Source: Sedimentisphaerales bacterium
GTDB lineage: Bacteria; Planctomycetota; Phycisphaerae; Sedimentisphaerales; SM23-30
Strand: one strand, 5' to 3'
Assembly (NCBI GenBank): GCA_963666285.1
Contig: OY762711.1
DNA: 64,000 nt
Within the stretch, counting starts at the first letter, position 1, and every line of letters starts with the position of its first letter. The notes beneath the pieces are model-generated. The model had not been told where the DNA came from. It ran no database searches and was given only the letters and a program-made list of their open reading frames with translations. Both the position numbers and the translations under genes were made by a program. Below, one piece after another: positions 1 to 10,620 of the stretch.

Positions 1-149
1 AAGAAGGCTATTGGATTGGCGAAACCGAGGATTATTTCTTTGTTCCTACTGCTGAAATCAGGAAACGTGCCGACCTTAACGACGATGCACGGGTTAATAT
101 TATTGATTTTGAGATTCTTGCTTCCCAATGGCTCGATGATCTCAACTAA
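1..149 (+). CDS. 3' end of a secreted protein with a dockerin-like C-terminus (partial)
   Basis: Frame from nt 3 reads EGYWIGETED...ADLNDDARVNIIDFEILASQWLDDLN*, a D-x-N-x-D-x-x-V-N-x-x-D dockerin/EF-hand-like motif. Confidence 0.75.
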   Translation, partial: EGYWIGETEDYFFVPTAEIRKRADLNDDARVNIIDFEILASQWLDDLN

Positions 150-439
150 AATTTATACTAGCTAACAGTTCACTACAATGTCCCGGGAAAGTAGATATTG
201 CTTTTGCTTAACCGGTATTTTTATTTTAATATATATACCCATAACAGTTGAAAATGTTGAACATTCAAAAGTGCGCCATGTTTATGATGCGAAGCATAAA
301 CCGCACCTATATCAAATGGTCCTGTTTTGAGAGCCGTTTGATTATATTATGTTTGAATTATTACTTTTTTGAGTAGAATATTTATAGATGGCTCATTTCA
401 GTTCTTTGGCAGTTTTGGGTTATGTTATTAGGATATCAA

Positions 440-2542
440 GTGAAATCAAAATTATTAAGAAACTTTGTATTGTTTGTCTTGCTGACTTATGTTATTGCCC
501 CAACTACGCTTCTGGCCGAAGATGGATACAGGTTATGGCTGCGATATGAAACTGTTAAGAATTCAATGCTTGCTCAGGATTATAAGCAAATAGTCAAACA
601 GGTTGAAATATCGAAGTCTTTGGACAATTATGATGTTATTAAAAATGAGATAAGTTCAGCTTTAACTGGCATGTTGTCAGGTCAGTTCTCCTTATCTGAT
701 ACCATCACAACCAAAGGTACATTATTAATCGGTACCTTTGATTGCTCAAAATATATCTCCCAGTCAATAGATCCTGATATTATTGCTGAATGTGGTTCTG
801 AGGGGTATTTGATATTATCAACCGGCAAGAGCGATAGTAAGCAAATAATTATTGCCGCTAATACCAGCAGGGGGCTGCTTTACGGTACTTTCCATTTCCT
901 GAGGTTAATGCAGACCGGCCAATCATTGGAAAATCTTTCCATATTGCAGAATCCTCGGTTACAAAAGCGGTTACTCAATCATTGGGACAATCTTAATGGC
1001 TCTGTAGAACGTGGTTACGCCGGCAAATCGATTTGGAAATGGGATAATCTTCCTCAAAATATTGACCCGCGAATAAAAGACTATGCTCGTGCCAACGCTT
1101 CTATTGGCATAAATGGTGTCGTATTAAACAATGTTAACAGTCAGGCCGAGATTTTAAGACAGGACTATCTGGCAAAAGCTGTCGTTATTGCCGACATTCT
1201 GCGACCTTACGGCATACAAATATATTTTAGCGTCAAGTTTACCTCGCCAAAGCAAATCGGGGGACTGGATACTGCCGATCCTTTAGACCCGCAAGTTATT
1301 CAATGGTGGCAGGACAAAGCAGCAGAAATATATAAGATTATCCCGGATTTCGGCGGGTTCCTGGTTAAAGCCTATTCCGAAGGCCAGCCCGGCCCCCAGC
1401 AATATGGTCGCAGCCATGCCGATGGTGCCAATATGCTGGCCCAGGCTCTGGCTCCTTATAATGGTATCGTAATGTGGCGTTCCTTTGTATACGATTTGTC
1501 TATTGATTCTGACCGTACCAAATGTGCTTATCTGGAATTTGTTCCCTTGGATGGCAAATTTGATTCAAATGTATTGATCCAGACCAAAAACGGTCCTATA
1601 GATTTTCAACCCCGCGAACCTTTCAGTCCTTTATTCGGTTCCATGCCAAAAACCCCTCTAATGATGGAGCTGCAGATTACCCAGGAATACTCCGGGCAGG
1701 CCCAACATCTTGTTTACCTTGCTCCGCAATGGAAGGAAGTTCTCGATTCCGACACTTATGCCAACGGTCCCGGCACAAAAGTATCTTCTATTATTGATGG
1801 TTCCGCCGAATCGCATTCTATATCTGGCATTGCCGGTGTTTCCGGCATAGGCTCGGATCGTAATTGGTGTGGCCACCATTTCTCTCAGGCCAATTGGTAC
1901 GCTTTCGGCAGACTCACTTGGGCCCCGGACCTTAAATCCGATGATATTGCCCGAGAATGGATAAAAATGACCTGGTCCGATGACCCGAAAGTAGTTGATA
2001 CTCTTTCTGAAATTATGGCTTGTTCATGGCCCGCATGTATCGATTATATGACACCGCTCGGCTTGCATCATCTAATGCATGAAGGTCATCATTATGGCCC
2101 TCAGCCCGATTACGTCCATCCTGTCAGGCATGACTGGAGCTCTACATATTACCATAAAGCCGGCAAAGATGGCATTGGCTTCAATAGAAGTTCCACCGGA
2201 ACAAACGCCGTTAATCAATATCATCCGCCTTTGAACACTATTTGGGATTCACCTGAAGCATGTCCGAACGAATATTTGTTATGGTTTCATCATCTGCCAT
2301 GGTCCTATCGCATGAAATCAGGCGATACTCTATGGCATCAGTTACAAACCCGCTATAATTCCGGCGTTGACGAAGTCAGGGATATGCAGAAAATGTGGCT
2401 GTCTCTATCTGGCAAAATTGACCACGAACGTTTCGAACATGTAAAAAAGAGGTTACAGCTGCAGCTTGAGAATGCCGAAATATGGCGTGATACCTGCTTA
2501 AAGTATTTCGGGCAATTTGCTGACAAATCTGTTACGAATTAA
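440..2542 (+). CDS. aguA: Alpha-glucuronidase, GH67, with signal peptide
   Basis: EDGYRLWLRY, RLLNHWDNLNGSVERGYAG, ARANASIGINGVVLNNVN, KNGPIDFQPREP, ELQITQEY; GTG start at 440 preferred over 422. Confidence 0.93.
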   Translation: MKSKLLRNFVLFVLLTYVIAPTTLLAEDGYRLWLRYETVKNSMLAQDYKQIVKQVEISKSLDNYDVIKNEISSALTGMLSGQFSLSDTITTKGTLLIGTFDCSKYISQSIDPDIIAECGSEGYLILSTGKSDSKQIIIAANTSRGLLYGTFHFLRLMQTGQSLENLSILQNPRLQKRLLNHWDNLNGSVERGYAGKSIWKWDNLPQNIDPRIKDYARANASIGINGVVLNNVNSQAEILRQDYLAKAVVIADILRPYGIQIYFSVKFTSPKQIGGLDTADPLDPQVIQWWQDKAAEIYKIIPDFGGFLVKAYSEGQPGPQQYGRSHADGANMLAQALAPYNGIVMWRSFVYDLSIDSDRTKCAYLEFVPLDGKFDSNVLIQTKNGPIDFQPREPFSPLFGSMPKTPLMMELQITQEYSGQAQHLVYLAPQWKEVLDSDTYANGPGTKVSSIIDGSAESHSISGIAGVSGIGSDRNWCGHHFSQANWYAFGRLTWAPDLKSDDIAREWIKMTWSDDPKVVDTLSEIMACSWPACIDYMTPLGLHHLMHEGHHYGPQPDYVHPVRHDWSSTYYHKAGKDGIGFNRSSTGTNAVNQYHPPLNTIWDSPEACPNEYLLWFHHLPWSYRMKSGDTLWHQLQTRYNSGVDEVRDMQKMWLSLSGKIDHERFEHVKKRLQLQLENAEIWRDTCLKYFGQFADKSVTN

Positions 2543-2551
2543 GAAGTCTAT

Positions 2552-2880
2552 GTGCAAACCGAACTTCAAAAAATTTCGATAAAGGAAGAGATCGGCTATG
2601 GTCTGGGCGACACCGCCTCAAATCTGATCAGGAAGCCGATGTTATTTGCGTTATGGCGTCATACATCGAAATTTACGGCATACCTTCTAATACTAATCGA
2701 TGGCTCTTACTAAATGTTCTCCGTGATGAATGGGGGGCAAAGGCTATGTTGTTTCTGATTATTATGCCGTGCGACAGCTGAACAAGTGGCCGGAAATCTT
2801 CGGCCGGTTCTTCGATCAATATGGATTATGTCGTCGAACCCGGTGAATTTGAGATTATGATCGGCTCATCTTCACAAGAC
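2552..2880 (+). pseudogene. Fused remnants of a GPH-family MFS sugar symporter and a GH3 beta-xylosidase/glucosidase
   Basis: 2552: MQTELQKISIKEEIGYGLGDTASNL (GPH N-terminus); then VMASY...NRWLLLNVLRDEWG / KGYVVSDY (frameshifted GH3 nucleophile region); then MDYVVEPGEFEIMIGSSS (GH3 C-terminal Fn3 end). Confidence 0.8.
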
Positions 2881-2927
2881 TCATATAATTTTGACAGTCC
2901 GGTAGTTTATATTGAACATGGTAGATA

Positions 2928-4082
2928 CTATTTGCACATCTTTTTTCTGTATTCAAAAGGTGTCATACCTGTTTCTTTTTTAAATATCCGGGAGATATTT
3001 TTTATATTATTAAATTCCATCCTGTATGCTATTTGCTCAATAGTTAGATCTGTTTTGACGAGCTGACGGGTCATTTCTGCGATTCTTTCTCTGCGGATTT
3101 CTTCGGATATGCCGCGATTCAAAACTTTATGAAATCTCAATTGAAGTGCTCGCAATGATAACAGGGAATTCTTTTGTACATCAGAAACAGAGATCGATCT
3201 TCTTACGTTATTTCTGATATAATGAATGGCATTTGCAACCTCTTCATCATTGATCTCAAGAATGTCAGTAGATGCTCTTTTTATTATTCTTATCGGGCGA
3301 CAGGTTAGTTCTGAGGTATCTATTGCCTTTCTTCCGATCAGCATCTTATCTATTATTTCAGCAGCATTGTATCCTACCGCTTCAAAATTCATTTCTATAC
3401 TGGTTATCGGTGGGTTTGAAAGTGAACAGATCATATCATCATTATCGACTCCGATGATTGCTACTTGTGATGGAATCTTTAAATTACATACTCGGCATGT
3501 TTCTACTAGTTTGTATGCTCGTTCGTCGTTACATGCCATTATTGCAACTGGTATCTTCAATGACTTCAACCATTTGATTAGGCAGTCTTTGTCGACAGAA
3601 TCGTCTGGTGCTATTGAGTAATTAAAGTTTGCCGAACATATTGTTTGAGAAAATGAACGTTCGCGAATCTTACTCCAGCTGTATTTCATACCACAAAAAC
3701 CAAAATTCTTGAATCCTAGGCCGATCAGATATTCTGCCGCCATTATGCCGGTATTAATATCCTGTGATAAATTAATTATTCCGTCATTAAGTGTCGAAAC
3801 AGGTATAGCTACGGTTGGAAATGATTGTGAATGAATTTTATTTAGTAGTATCTTATCGTCTGGTAGGTATCCAATTAAACCATCAGCGTCAAGGTTAATG
3901 AGTTTTTGCCATATTTCATCGCTTGTTGAATTTCCGGAAAACGGCATTTTTTGAAACAAAGGGCTAAATCGATAAAAATCCCATTCGCCACGAAGATTAG
4001 CATAATTAATTATACCGCGAATAAAACCTCTGTCTGCGGCACGGGAACTGTCTAACATTAATATGATTTTACGTTTTTTCAT
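2928..4082 (-). CDS. xylR: XylR-type regulator (periplasmic-binding-protein-like sensor plus C-terminal AraC HTH)
   Basis: PVAIMACND, VAIIGVDND, PPITSI; C-terminal ISRIFKKETGMTPFEYR; ATG at 4082 preferred. Confidence 0.85.
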   Translation of the reverse strand: MKKRKIILMLDSSRAADRGFIRGIINYANLRGEWDFYRFSPLFQKMPFSGNSTSDEIWQKLINLDADGLIGYLPDDKILLNKIHSQSFPTVAIPVSTLNDGIINLSQDINTGIMAAEYLIGLGFKNFGFCGMKYSWSKIRERSFSQTICSANFNYSIAPDDSVDKDCLIKWLKSLKIPVAIMACNDERAYKLVETCRVCNLKIPSQVAIIGVDNDDMICSLSNPPITSIEMNFEAVGYNAAEIIDKMLIGRKAIDTSELTCRPIRIIKRASTDILEINDEEVANAIHYIRNNVRRSISVSDVQKNSLLSLRALQLRFHKVLNRGISEEIRRERIAEMTRQLVKTDLTIEQIAYRMEFNNIKNISRIFKKETGMTPFEYRKKMCK

Positions 4083-4553
4083 ATAAACAACCTGATTCAA
4101 TGAATTTGAATGCAATATACCAACTGGTCTGTTCTGTGTCAACGGTTTGCGCATATTGATGAAAAAACATGCGCTAAATTATCGTTTAGTTTAATACTAT
4201 TAACCTTATTTGTTTCTGGTTTGTGATATTCATACAGTATGATCTTTGCAATCATTATCTAAATGATTTTGTTGGTTATGTTGTAAAGCCTTTCAAAAGT
4301 TATAGTTAAATGTCTCGTGCAACATTTGCTATAACCGCATTCTTAGTAGCTGCATACTATTGTAATTTCGTATTTGGAATTGATTCCGGTCAATTCAAAT
4401 AGCCACTAATTTTGTTTACATTACTTTCTATTGCGCATATGTACGATATTATTGCGCACTTTGGGGTACTATCTATTTGTGCTAGTGTTAGAATATTATT
4501 ATCTAATTTTTAATCAGATAATTGTGTTCACCAAATATATAGGAATTAATCAT

Positions 4554-5420
4554 ATGGTTAAACCTAATGCAAAAGCATTTACTCTTATCGAATTATTAGT
4601 TGTAATTTCGATTATTGCATTGCTTGTCAGTATTCTTATGCCTGCACTTAATAAAGCTAAACAGCAGGCTACTATGGCGGTTTGTCTTAATAATGAAAAG
4701 CAGCTTGTTGTTGCCTGGACTATGTATGCTAATGAAAATGATGATATTATGGTCAGACCGCAGGCACTAAACGGTGACTGGGGTGACTGGGTTAGCTGGC
4801 CGCAGAATATTGATGGAACTGATGTGCCTTCTTCTTCTTTTGACCAGTACGCTCCTGTGTGTGGCTCGGAAGAGGAAAAAAACGGAATTGAAAATGGTGC
4901 GTTGTTTAAATACTATCAAGATCCTGAGCTTCTGCATTGCCCAGGAGATAAACGTGCCTTAAAAGAGCCTGCTGCTTCCGTTGCTAAATCTTCTGGGATG
5001 GGTGCCTGGCGAACATATTCTATTGTCGGTGTTTTGAATGCCAGGGGATACGGCACTAATAACAACCTTTCTAGCGTTTCAGGTGCTAAAGTCATTAGAA
5101 ATGCTTCCCGTATCAAGATACCGCAGGAAAAATATATATTTATCGAAGATGGCGATACACGCGGTTACAATCTTGGTGGCTGGGAAATCGATCCTTCTCA
5201 ATCTCCTTACATGCAGTTTATTGATAATATCGGGATTTACCATAACGATAAAGGTACTTTTGGTTTTGCTGATGGACACGCAGATGTTCATCAATGGGAA
5301 GATAAAGATACTATTACACATTTTCGTGATATGCTCCAGACTGGTTCTGGTTTCTATTGGTCTGATACAAGTGCTAATCTTGATGTTGAATGGCTTTGCA
5401 GGCATTATCCTTCAAAATAG
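4554..5420 (+). CDS. Prepilin-type N-terminal cleavage/methylation protein with H-X9-DG motif (DUF1559-like)
   Basis: KAFTLIELLVVISIIALL; C-terminal YHNDKGTFGFADGH. Confidence 0.9.
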   Translation: MVKPNAKAFTLIELLVVISIIALLVSILMPALNKAKQQATMAVCLNNEKQLVVAWTMYANENDDIMVRPQALNGDWGDWVSWPQNIDGTDVPSSSFDQYAPVCGSEEEKNGIENGALFKYYQDPELLHCPGDKRALKEPAASVAKSSGMGAWRTYSIVGVLNARGYGTNNNLSSVSGAKVIRNASRIKIPQEKYIFIEDGDTRGYNLGGWEIDPSQSPYMQFIDNIGIYHNDKGTFGFADGHADVHQWEDKDTITHFRDMLQTGSGFYWSDTSANLDVEWLCRHYPSK

Positions 5421-5572
5421 TCGATAATGTATTTTGTAAATACGTTTTGCATCATTATATATATTATATTGTTCGGTAATCTGTTGGATGTATTTCAGTT
5501 ACTTTATTCATCGCTGGCATTTCTGGCTGACGTTGATATTTATTGTCACTTTTTAAGTTGAAAGGAAAGAAA

Positions 5573-7213
5573 ATGAAAAAGTCAGGTCTGTTATTAGTAT
5601 TATTAACCTTTTTGTGTGGGACTGTTTTTGCAGCAGATTCCAACTGGAATGTCGAGTCCGGCAATTGGTACGATGACGAAAACTGGTCTGGAGGAAAGCC
5701 TGTTCTGTCTGACACCAGCGGATATATCAATATCAAAAAGAGTAGCACTTCGGTTTGTACTCTTAATACCGATGAAGGATTGTTCAGCAAACGTTGGATT
5801 ATGCAGAATGGTCAGACTTTAAATATTGAAGATGGTGGATCATTTGGTGCTACTTGGTCTCGTTGTGGCCGTGGGTCTGCTTCATTTGTAAATCTGACCG
5901 GAAGCGGCACATTCATTATGAATAATGATGATTTGTATCTTGGCCTGGAAAATGGTTCCATGGAATGGAAAATGTATGATTCAAGTACGCTTTCTGTCCA
6001 GGGCGATGACGGTGATGATAGTGATGAACTCTATCTGGGCGAAGATGGAGGCACTTGTTTGTTCCAGTTAAATGGTTCAAGCATAACCGTTAATGTTGAT
6101 CGGGTCCATGTTACTGCCAATAGTGCCGGTGGTTCTGCAACTGTGGGCTATGTTATGGATGCCGCTGGTGCCAGCCCTATTGTTACCCAGCGTTTATATA
6201 TTGGCGAAGCTGGTACAGCGTATCTGAATGTTTCTGCTGCTGAAGAACTTGCTCAGCAGGATATTGTACTTATTGAAGTTACTTCTAGTTATTCAATCGG
6301 CGGTAATGGCGTTTTTGATGCTTTGAATGACGGTCCTGCTGATGAAGGTTCTCTCATTCTTCTTGGCGGCAATCTGTATTCTCTTACTTATTCTTATAAT
6401 GCTAGTGATTCATACAATAACGATGTTGCCCTGGTATTTGTTAGAGCTGCTAAAAACATGGCAAACACACCGGATCCGTATGATGGTGAAGTACTTTCAA
6501 GCAGTCCGTTAACTCTAAGCTGGACTAATCCGGACCCTAATGATGGTTCCAGCGATATCGTCTGTACTGTATATCTGGGTACTTCTGAGGATCGTTCCGC
6601 TATGGAATCTGTTACTCTTGCACCTAATGTGACTACAGTTGATATAAATGAAGATAATTTCCCAACCTGCGGTATTCAACCGTTGCCGGATGCTAATGAC
6701 TATTACTGGTATGTATCTTGTGAAGATGCCAGCCCGGGATTTGATTCTGAGTCTGGTATTGGGCTTACCTGGACTTTTTCTACTGACTATAATTTTCCAC
6801 CAGTAGTTGATGCTGGTGCAGATCAGGTTATATGGGGTTTACCAAATGTAATTAGTTTGGAAGGTGTAATAACTGATGATAATAAACCTGCCGGGGCTTC
6901 TATTACAGTTGAATGGTCTCAGGTTAGTGGTCCTGAAGTAACTATTGATTCTCCTGACCAGATAGAGGCCACTGTATCGGTCACTGAAGCAGGTATATAC
7001 GAATTTATGCTTTCCGCTGATGATAGCGACAAGCAGGCTTCTGATACTGTTGAAGTTATTGTCGGTTCTGATTCATGTGAAGCTTCTTATCTGTCTGGTA
7101 CCCCATATAATACCTATGACTTCAATCAGGACTGTGTTGTTGATGTTCTCGATTTTGTTGATTTCGCCGAAAATTGGCTGAATTGTACCAATACCGAAGA
7201 AGGTTGTAATTGA
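5573..7213 (+). CDS. Secreted acidic beta-rich protein with PKD-like domain and dockerin-like C-terminus (paralog 1)
   Basis: Signal peptide; NFPPVVDAGADQ...WSQVSGP...GIYEFML; DFNQDCVVDVLDFVDFAENWL. Confidence 0.8.
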   Translation: MKKSGLLLVLLTFLCGTVFAADSNWNVESGNWYDDENWSGGKPVLSDTSGYINIKKSSTSVCTLNTDEGLFSKRWIMQNGQTLNIEDGGSFGATWSRCGRGSASFVNLTGSGTFIMNNDDLYLGLENGSMEWKMYDSSTLSVQGDDGDDSDELYLGEDGGTCLFQLNGSSITVNVDRVHVTANSAGGSATVGYVMDAAGASPIVTQRLYIGEAGTAYLNVSAAEELAQQDIVLIEVTSSYSIGGNGVFDALNDGPADEGSLILLGGNLYSLTYSYNASDSYNNDVALVFVRAAKNMANTPDPYDGEVLSSSPLTLSWTNPDPNDGSSDIVCTVYLGTSEDRSAMESVTLAPNVTTVDINEDNFPTCGIQPLPDANDYYWYVSCEDASPGFDSESGIGLTWTFSTDYNFPPVVDAGADQVIWGLPNVISLEGVITDDNKPAGASITVEWSQVSGPEVTIDSPDQIEATVSVTEAGIYEFMLSADDSDKQASDTVEVIVGSDSCEASYLSGTPYNTYDFNQDCVVDVLDFVDFAENWLNCTNTEEGCN

Positions 7214-7266
7214 TTTTATAGATAAATATTATCTTTATTTAGATATATATGGAAAGGAAAGAAATA

Positions 7267-8904
7267 ATGAAAAAGTATGGACAAATATTAATGTCATTAT
7301 TCTTGATGACATCTGCATCGTTTGCTGATGTAGATTGGAACGTTGAAACCGGTTACTGGTCCGATGGTGCAAACTGGAGTACTGGCGTCAAACCTGATGG
7401 TTCTCAGGCTGTTAACATAGGTAAAAGTTCTACCTCCGTCTGTATAATAAATACTGACGAAGGCTTGATTGGGGCTAATAATTATATCCGCAATGGCCAG
7501 ACACTTGAGATTGTCGACGGCGGTCGCTATGGAACTAAATGGACCAGGTGGGCTGATGGATCTTCTGCGACTATCAATATGTCTGGTAATGGAACTTACG
7601 TATTGAATGATGATGACCTTTATATCGGCTTTAATGGTGATTGTGTAGTTACTATGAGTGATACAAGTCTGATCACTGTACAGGCGGATGATGGCGATAT
7701 GAGCGAAGAATTATACATTGGTGATGGCGGAAATGCTCTTCTCCAGCTTAACGGATCTGGTGTAAAGGTTGAACCTGACCGTATCCATATCGGTTATCAG
7801 AGATTCGGCACTTTTGGCGGGGATGTGACTCTTGAATATAATATGGACGCCGGTGGCGCAGGACAGATTGTTGTACAGCGGGCCTATATTGCTGAAGCCG
7901 GTACTGCTAATCTATTAATCACTGCCTCAGATATCACCCCCGAAAGTGACATTGTCCTTATGGACGTTACTTCTGGATATTCTATTGGTGGTAATGGTGT
8001 TTTTGACACCCTAAACGGTAGCCCGGCTGTTGAAGGTGCTGAAATACTGGTTGGCGGCAATATATATGCTCTTACATATTCTTACGATGCAACTGGAGAT
8101 TCTGGCAGTAATGATATTGCATTGCTTTTTGTCAGATCAGGTAAATATATGCCGATTTCTCCTGAACCTGCTGACCGTAGTTCTGTTGAAACCAGTCCTT
8201 TGACTCTAAGCTGGAACAATCCTGATCCAAATGATGGCACCAGTGATATTACTTGTACTGTATATTTCGGATTATCGAACGACCGCTCTAAGATGGAATC
8301 TGTCACATTGGCTCCAAATATATCAATGGTTGATTTAGATCAGGCTAATTTCCCGACCTATGGTATTCAGCCGCTGCCGGATGCCAATGACTACTATTGG
8401 TATGTTTCTTGCGATGATGCCAGTCCGGGTGTTGACCTGGAAAATGGTGTTGGTATGACCTGGACTTTCTCTACGGATTATAATTTCCCACCTGTTGTTG
8501 ATGCCGGAGATGATCAGGTCCAATGGGGACTGCCGGGTGTTATTAATCTGGTTGGTGTTGTTACCGATGATAATAAGCCCGCCGGAGTTGAGTTGACACT
8601 TGAATGGACCCAGGTTAGTGGCACGGAAGTTTCCATAGATACACCTGATAAGGCAGAGACAACTGTTTCAGTTACCTCGGCTGGGGTTTATGAATTTCAA
8701 CTGACAGCTGACGATAGTGTCAAACAGAGCTCTGATATTGTCAAGGTTGTTGTTGGTTCTGACTCTTGTGAAGCTTCTTATCTAAATGGTATTCCGTATA
8801 ATGATTTCGACTTCAACCAGGATTGTATCGTTAACCTGATCGACTTTGCTTCTATCGCGGGGCAGTGGCTCAATTGTACCGATACCATAGTAGGTTGTGA
8901 CTAA
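7267..8904 (+). CDS. Secreted protein, tandem paralog of 5573-7213
   Basis: Collinear shared blocks (SSTSVC, NTDEGL, YSIGGNGVFD, GIQPLPDANDYYWYVSC, WTFSTDYNFPPVVDAG, DFNQDC). Confidence 0.8.
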   Translation: MKKYGQILMSLFLMTSASFADVDWNVETGYWSDGANWSTGVKPDGSQAVNIGKSSTSVCIINTDEGLIGANNYIRNGQTLEIVDGGRYGTKWTRWADGSSATINMSGNGTYVLNDDDLYIGFNGDCVVTMSDTSLITVQADDGDMSEELYIGDGGNALLQLNGSGVKVEPDRIHIGYQRFGTFGGDVTLEYNMDAGGAGQIVVQRAYIAEAGTANLLITASDITPESDIVLMDVTSGYSIGGNGVFDTLNGSPAVEGAEILVGGNIYALTYSYDATGDSGSNDIALLFVRSGKYMPISPEPADRSSVETSPLTLSWNNPDPNDGTSDITCTVYFGLSNDRSKMESVTLAPNISMVDLDQANFPTYGIQPLPDANDYYWYVSCDDASPGVDLENGVGMTWTFSTDYNFPPVVDAGDDQVQWGLPGVINLVGVVTDDNKPAGVELTLEWTQVSGTEVSIDTPDKAETTVSVTSAGVYEFQLTADDSVKQSSDIVKVVVGSDSCEASYLNGIPYNDFDFNQDCIVNLIDFASIAGQWLNCTDTIVGCD

Positions 8905-9044
8905 TATAAGAAACTCAAAGTGACAGGTTTTACATTTGGTTTTGATGTAACAAATTCTAATACAATTTGATATTAACAAAATAATAGCCTGTCGCTTTGC
9001 GGCAATCCATGCCTAATAATTAAAAAATCTAATACTTAATACCT

Positions 9045-9071
9045 CTCAAACTGACCATCGGTCAGTTTGAG
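9045..9071. terminator. Perfect stem-loop, probable terminator
   Basis: ctcaaactgacc-atc-ggtcagtttgag downstream of the paralog pair. Confidence 0.5.
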
Positions 9072-9285
9072 AATTTAAGAATAATTTACTTACGATTTAA
9101 TTCTGTTATGTCCCGGGTTTGCTTTACATTGAGCATTCCCGGGATTATTTTATAATTTGCAGACTCTCTTGCATACACTATACAATTGCGAACATTTTTA
9201 TCTCTTAAATTGAAAATTTGCTTCATGCCAGTTTTCGAAAATTATTTTCGCCAAAAACTTCTAACTTCTCGCATCTTACTTCTAA

Positions 9286-10620
9286 CTGAACTTTTGCAAA
9301 ATTAGGGTAAAGCTAATTGTACTTTAATACGTTTAAAACTTGTTCCGTTGGATTCGATTTGATCAACCACCCAAGCGATTGTATTGCTGAGAGTTTCTCG
9401 CATAACTGCCATACAAGATTGTCCTATGGTCGTCAGGCGTTCTCGTGCCCATTCACACACACGGTTCTGCTGCATTTGAGTCAAAAGTACGCTATACGCC
9501 AGAAACACCATGTACATGTGTCTTGTCTGACCCAGGCCGCTTCTAAGCTGACAGTCGCCCATGCCCAAATACTGCTTGCCGTCTCGATGAAAGCACTCTG
9601 TGCCTTGCCAGCGGCAGCGATAGACCTTCAGGATACGAATCGCTTCCCAGTTGCATCGATTGCAAACCAGAATCTTTTTAGGTTCAATATCATTCTTTTT
9701 ATGCCAGATAATCAGGATACGTACTTTGTGGTCTACACCAGGAATCCTGATACTTTTAGTAAAGTAATATTGGCGATGCTTGCCAATAGTTATGAGTTTT
9801 TTGATTTCAGGGTCAATAGATTTGGCTACTTCTTCAGCCTTTATTACTTTGCCCTGAAATATAGTCTTACGATTTGTTTTCAAATCACCAACATAATTAC
9901 GTTCATACTGGTTTATATGGTTAAGGTTGTCGCTATGGGTAAACCAGCTATCGAAGGTAAAGTCACCGGGAATATCGTTAGCTACAGTCCAGTCAACCAG
10001 ATTGCGGAAAAGGATATTATGATCCTGAAATTCAATGCCCCGTTCCAGACAATCTTCTTTTTTGACAAATCTGTAAAACTCCAAAGGATAATGTTTCCCG
10101 GAATTACAGACATAATTGGCTATCAGGTAATCATGGGCTATTTTATTACGTTGATCTGCATGATCCCAGAAATATCCTACATCCTCAATATGTTTACCAC
10201 TATGGTCTATCAGAACATTATCAAGGGCAATAACCCCAGAATCGCTATATCTGGTTTTAGGGTCTTTCTGCAGCCACTCCAGTCTGGCAGTGTTAAGCGA
10301 TTCTTCGTCCCATTCAACATCGGTGAGAAACCGGTTGAGACAGGATTGATCAGAGGCAAATGCAAATTCCCTGTTGATGGCAGAGACGTTTTTCTTGCGG
10401 GCAATGATAAGACCGGTGATATACTCAGCAAAATGACGACGTTCAGGCTCATTTTGAAAATGATCGCCAAATTCATCGACAGCTTGCTGGACTACTGTAG
10501 GGTATTGTACTATAGCTGGCATACCAAAATCCTTTCTGGGTTTTCGGAGTGCTCTGCTATCAAATTTTATCGGTCTATACCACATTTTAACGTTAATTTT
10601 TTAATTTTGCAAAAGTTCAG
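9286..10620 (-). mobile_element. Complete IS701-family insertion sequence
   Basis: Perfect TIR ctgaacttttgcaaaatta (9286-9304) / taattttgcaaaagttcag (10602-10620); direct flanks ttctaa at 9280-9285 and 10621-10626. Confidence 0.88.
9302..10522 (-). CDS. IS701-family DDE transposase
   Basis: HFAEYITGLI, DQSCLNRFL, VIALDNVLIDH, FTFDSWF, YRCRWQGTECFHRDGKQYLGMGDCQLR. Confidence 0.88.
   Translation of the reverse strand: MPAIVQYPTVVQQAVDEFGDHFQNEPERRHFAEYITGLIIARKKNVSAINREFAFASDQSCLNRFLTDVEWDEESLNTARLEWLQKDPKTRYSDSGVIALDNVLIDHSGKHIEDVGYFWDHADQRNKIAHDYLIANYVCNSGKHYPLEFYRFVKKEDCLERGIEFQDHNILFRNLVDWTVANDIPGDFTFDSWFTHSDNLNHINQYERNYVGDLKTNRKTIFQGKVIKAEEVAKSIDPEIKKLITIGKHRQYYFTKSIRIPGVDHKVRILIIWHKKNDIEPKKILVCNRCNWEAIRILKVYRCRWQGTECFHRDGKQYLGMGDCQLRSGLGQTRHMYMVFLAYSVLLTQMQQNRVCEWARERLTTIGQSCMAVMRETLSNTIAWVVDQIESNGTSFKRIKVQLALP

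Noticed and set aside
5573..8904. DGR template/variable repeat pair
   Set aside because: Both are full-length genes, differences are not adenine-specific, and there is no RT in the window
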